Shown here piece by piece: positions 60,045 to 64,000 of a DNA stretch of 64,000 nt; positions within the stretch are counted from its first letter, which is position 1; each line of letters starts with the position of its first letter. This DNA comes from Felis catus. Lineage: Eukaryota. A program made the translations under genes and the position numbers. Under the pieces are notes generated by a model. It saw nothing but the letters and a program-made list of their open reading frames with translations. It was not told the DNA's origin and made no database searches. Location of the stretch: contig NC_058368.1 in the NCBI RefSeq assembly GCF_018350175.1, positions 91,638,001-91,702,000 on the forward strand, written 5' to 3'.

Positions 60045-63000
60045 ACCTTTTCAAATATGATACTTTATACCATACAAATTAGCAATGGCTGAATTATAAA
60101 GCATAATAGTGTAATGAACACCCAAGGACCTGTTTCCTAAATCCAGAGCCCAAACACAAGTGAAAGCTCGGGTCAGTCCCCTCCTGACGTAGCTCATTTT
60201 TCTGGCTGCCCCACCTCGACTAATTGTTATCCTGAATTTTATCATTCCCCTTTCCCCCTCTTGTTTTGAACTCTTTAATTGGAAATAATTTCAAATTTAC
60301 GGAAAAAGTTGTGAAAGTATAAACAGTACAAAGAATCCTATAGAGCCTTTACCCTGCTTTACCTGTGTTTAACATTTTACCCCATTGTCTTTATCATGTG
60401 ATCTCGTTCTCTCCCTCCCTCATCCCTTCCTATACTCACCCACTCGCCCTTATGCACATACTCCTGTAGTTTCTTGAGAACTGTTTGAGGCTGTCATGTT
60501 ATGTCACCGCTAAATATTTTGGGGTGCATGTATTTCCTAACAACAGGAATATTCTCTCATATCACAGTTTTTAGCTTCAACAAATTGACTGAATAATGAA
60601 TGCCCTTTATAGCATTTTTTCCCTCCAGTACTGGAGCCACCTATGTCTCCCTAGCATCATTGGATGTGGAGCGTTTCCACAGACTTTCTTTGTATTTCAT
60701 ACCATTGACATTTTGGAAAATTTTCTCTCCCTCCTTTCTCGAAACCCTTAAAGAAAAAAAAAATTAGAATGTTCCTCGTTTTGAGTTTGAGTGGTTATTA
60801 CCTCCAGTTCCTGAATGTGCTCTTCTGTGACTCAACGTTATGTATTTAAGGTTCACCCATGTTGCCGCATGCTAGCTGTAACTCCTTTGTCGTTGGTCCT
60901 GAATCCCATCCCAGTGTGCATATCCACTGCAATTTATTTGCATGTTGAGAGACAGTTGGTTATTTCCAGTCTTGTGTTACTGTGGACAGTGCTGCTGGGA
61001 ACATCCCTGTGCATGTCTGTTGGTGCACAGGTGCGAGTTTCTTTGGGGTGTATCCAGCATTGGTATTGCAGAGCCATCAACCACGTGAATGCCTGGCTTT
61101 TCAAGATAATTCCCAAGTGGTTTCCAAAGTGGGTGTGGCCACTTATCCTCCGCTAGCAATGAGTAAGAGTGCCTGAGAACTTTTTTTTAAGTTTATTTAT
61201 TTTGAGAGACAGCACAAGTGGGGGAGAGGCGGGGGGGGGGGGGAGAGAATCCCAAGCAGCCTCTGCACTGTCAGTGCAGAGCCCGAGGAAGAGCTCAATC
61301 CCACGAACCCATCAGATCATGACCTGAGCTGAGGTCAAGAGTTGGATGCTTAACTGACTGAGCCACCCAGGTGCCCTGCCTGAATACTTTATATTTTTTG
61401 GCCACCTAGTGTATAAATGGTGTATAATAGACAAATTATTGTCTGGTGATACTTTTCATGAGCAGTTCTCTGATTACTAATGGTGTTGAGCATCATTTCA
61501 TCATATGGTTTTTGAGCATATGTGTGCTATTTCCTGTAAAATAATAGTAGTCATAGTAGTATTTGTAGTAGTAATGCCGCCTCTTGTTTACAACTTACTA
61601 TGTGCAAGAAACTGTTTTAAGCAACACACATCATTTAATCCTAAAAACAACCTAATGAGGTAGATACTTCTACTACCTTCTTTTCTATTCATGTGTATTG
61701 CCCATTTTCCTATCAGATTATTTGTCTTTTTCTTGTTGACTCATTTTACATATTCTGTTTTTCTTTTCTTTTCTTTCTTTCTTTTTTTGATCTGGTTTTC
61801 TCTTGATGCTGCCCTGGCAGGGGAAGTGGGGAGTGCCACCTCACTGCCACTCACTGCCAGTGGAGGTAGAAGTCCAGATCCCCCACGTGCCTCTGTTGAT
61901 ACCTGAGGGGGTTTCCTCATGACAGCTACTGCAGTAGGAGTTCTGGCTGCCTGCATAGTCTCCAGCAATACCCAGGTGGCATCTCATGACTGACCTACTG
62001 GGGGTGAAAGTCCTGGCACCCCACTTGGCCTTCTCTGAAACCACCCCAGCGCAAGTATTAGGATGCCCCCTTGTACATAGCCTCATGCACATGCATTTGA
62101 TGTTTTCTCTGTGGTGTCTGGCTGGAGTAGGGAGGTGACTGTCTAAACGTCCTCAGCCATGCCAAGATGCCCCTTTCCAGGTCCTTTGGCTAGGGAGAGT
62201 CAGCTTTTGCTGGGACAGTTTTGTCTGTGCCCATTGGAGTTTTCAGATTGCTGGTTTCTTCAGCTCCAAGTCTGGGATGGAGGAAGCAAAAAGAAAACCC
62301 AGGGACTCATCACTGTGTTGTTCATTCTTTGGGTCTCAAGGTATCAAGCTGATCTGCCTTCTTCTCTCCACCATAAGTATGTTCTTGTGTTTTATATAGA
62401 CTTGTTTTATATCTAATGCCCATAACTTTTCATTATGCTTAGTGGAAAAAGAAATAGGAAGAAGTATGTCTATTGCATCTTCCTAGAAGGGGAACGAACC
62501 CTTGCTGACTTGTAAGAGTTCTTTATGTATTGTGAATACTAATCCTTACTCCAAGATGAAAAATATTACTTTTCAGTTTGTGGCTTTTTAAGAGAATTTC
62601 TACCTAGTGCTCTTTGACATGTTGTGCCAGATGTTCTTGATTTTGATGTGGTTGTGCTTACCAGTCTTTCCTTTTTCTTTTTAGAGTTAGTGGGTTTTAT
62701 TTCTTGTTTAAGAAAGAATTCCTTATCCAAAATGTAGAAAAATAATATCCCATAGTGCCTTCTTAAAAATTTTTCTAAGTTTATTAATTTATTTTGAGAG
62801 AGAGAGAGAAAGCACATGGGAGGAGCAGAGAGAGAGAGAGGGAGAGAGACAGAATTCCAAGCAGGCTCTGCACTGTCAGCACAGAGACTGATGCAAGGCT
62901 CAAACCCACAAGCTTGTGAGATCATGATCTGAGTTGAAACCAAGAGTTGGACGCTTAACTGACTGAGCCACCCAGGCACCCTGCTTCTAAAATTTTTAAT

Positions 63001-64000
63001 GCTTTTGCTTCTCATGTTTAATTTCTTAATCCACCTGGAATTGATTTTAGGTTATGTTACAGGGTAGGGGTCCAATTTAATATTTTCAAACAACCTCACT
63101 GAAGTATAAATTAACATACAATAAAAAAGACATATTTAAAGTGTATATTTTAATAGATTTTGACATATATATGTATACACTTGTGAAACCATCACCACAA
63201 TAAAGAAAATGAACATATCCATCACCCCAAAAGTTTCCTCCTGCTCCTTTGTAATCATTTCTCCCTGAACCTCCTCACCTTCCCTCCAGCCTCAGGCTAC
63301 CAATTGGCTTTTGTTACTCCAAATTAGTATGGACTTCTGAGATTTTTGTATAAATGTAATCATACAGTTCCTACTATTTTTGTTTGGTCTAGTGTCTTTC
63401 ATTCAGCATAATTATTTTGGGGTTCATCCATGTTGTAGCATGTAGTTAATAGTTCATTCTTTTTATTGCTGAATACTATTCCATTGTGTGTCTGTAATGC
63501 AATTTTTTATACATTGACTTGTTGGACATTGGGTTGTTTTTATTTGAGACTGTTAGGGATAAAGCTGCTATGAACATTTGTGTACAAGTCTTTGTATGGA
63601 ATATGCTTTCATTTATGTTAGTTATAAATACATTGGAGTGGAATGGTTGATCATATGATAGATGTATGATTAATGTGTTATTCATAGTTCAGAATGTGTT
63701 CTGGTTTCTTTTTGTTTCACTCGAAGTTAATATTTGCTTGGGATTTGTATTTGCTTCATTCATTTATGTGTGTGTCTGTTGCTAATTCTGGTTGTCTTTT
63801 ATACTTGGTAAGGGTCATTATCCCAGGATGTTTTTCTTCTTTAATTTGGAGAGTCTCTTACCTTTTTTCCTGTATTACATTTCCTATTTTCTGGATCCCA
63901 TGTCTCTTTCATTCTTAGTTTACCTTCTCATTTTTGTGGAGAACAACCTTCAGTAAGGTGCATTTAGAAAAAAAAATAAATTAATTAAATATTTTACATC
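60045..64000 (-). mobile_element. Mosaic of ancient L1 fragments (L1ME/MC/MB-like) with nested SINEs (61181-61376 -, 62770-62981 -)
   Basis: ggaaataatttcaaatttac; tgattactaatggtgttgagcatc; atccacctggaattgatttt; ttgtgaaaccatcaccacaa; gctatgaacatttgtgtacaagtctttgtatgg. Confidence 0.75.
61742..62500 (-). mobile_element. L1 5'UTR-only fragment (same family as the 5' end at 49088)
   Basis: Reverse complement aligns by eye to 49088-49900 (gagaagaaggcag, cctactccagccagacaccac, aaggggca); TSD-like cttg(t/c)tgact at 61732-61741 and 62501-62510. Confidence 0.75.

Larger units (their letters stand above)
8355..64000 (+). other. COL23A1: Long COL23A1 intron downstream of the exon (continues beyond the window)
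   Basis: Starts at the GTAAGT donor. No spliceable Gly-Pro-Pro/Gly-X-Y exon recognised downstream. Consistent with the very large second intron of mammalian COL23A1. Confidence 0.75.

Noticed and set aside
1..64000. CRISPR array, operon or other prokaryote-style novel system
   Set aside because: The sequence is mammalian intron; the repeats are dispersed retroposons and simple repeats with no repeat-spacer architecture.

Overview
Mammalian, carnivore (feline-type) genomic DNA. About 60 tRNA-derived Can-SINEs are present, including young SINEC_Fc-like copies with intact target-site duplications (TSDs), plus old L1, L2, MIR, MaLR/ERVL/ERV1 LTRs and hAT DNA-transposon relics. The only coding sequence I can support is one 67-nt internal exon on the + strand (8288-8354, KLEGLVKHRTVREAPTECVCPP). 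It matches exon 2 of the transmembrane collagen gene COL23A1, which carries the furin shedding site. The rest of the window is therefore intronic: intron 1 upstream and a very long intron 2 downstream, with no Gly-X-Y exon found. Almost all ORFs in the track are repeat or low-complexity artefacts. I found no convincing novel biological system. The most interesting signals are retrotransposition structures: a TSD-bounded, internally deleted ancient L1 carrying a solo LTR; a 5'UTR-only L1 insertion; a tail-only insertion beside the exon; and a triple nested insertion. There are also two large simple-sequence expansions and a few candidate intronic regulatory sites. Repeat family names come from recognition by eye, not a database search, and repeat boundaries are approximate unless a TSD is given.
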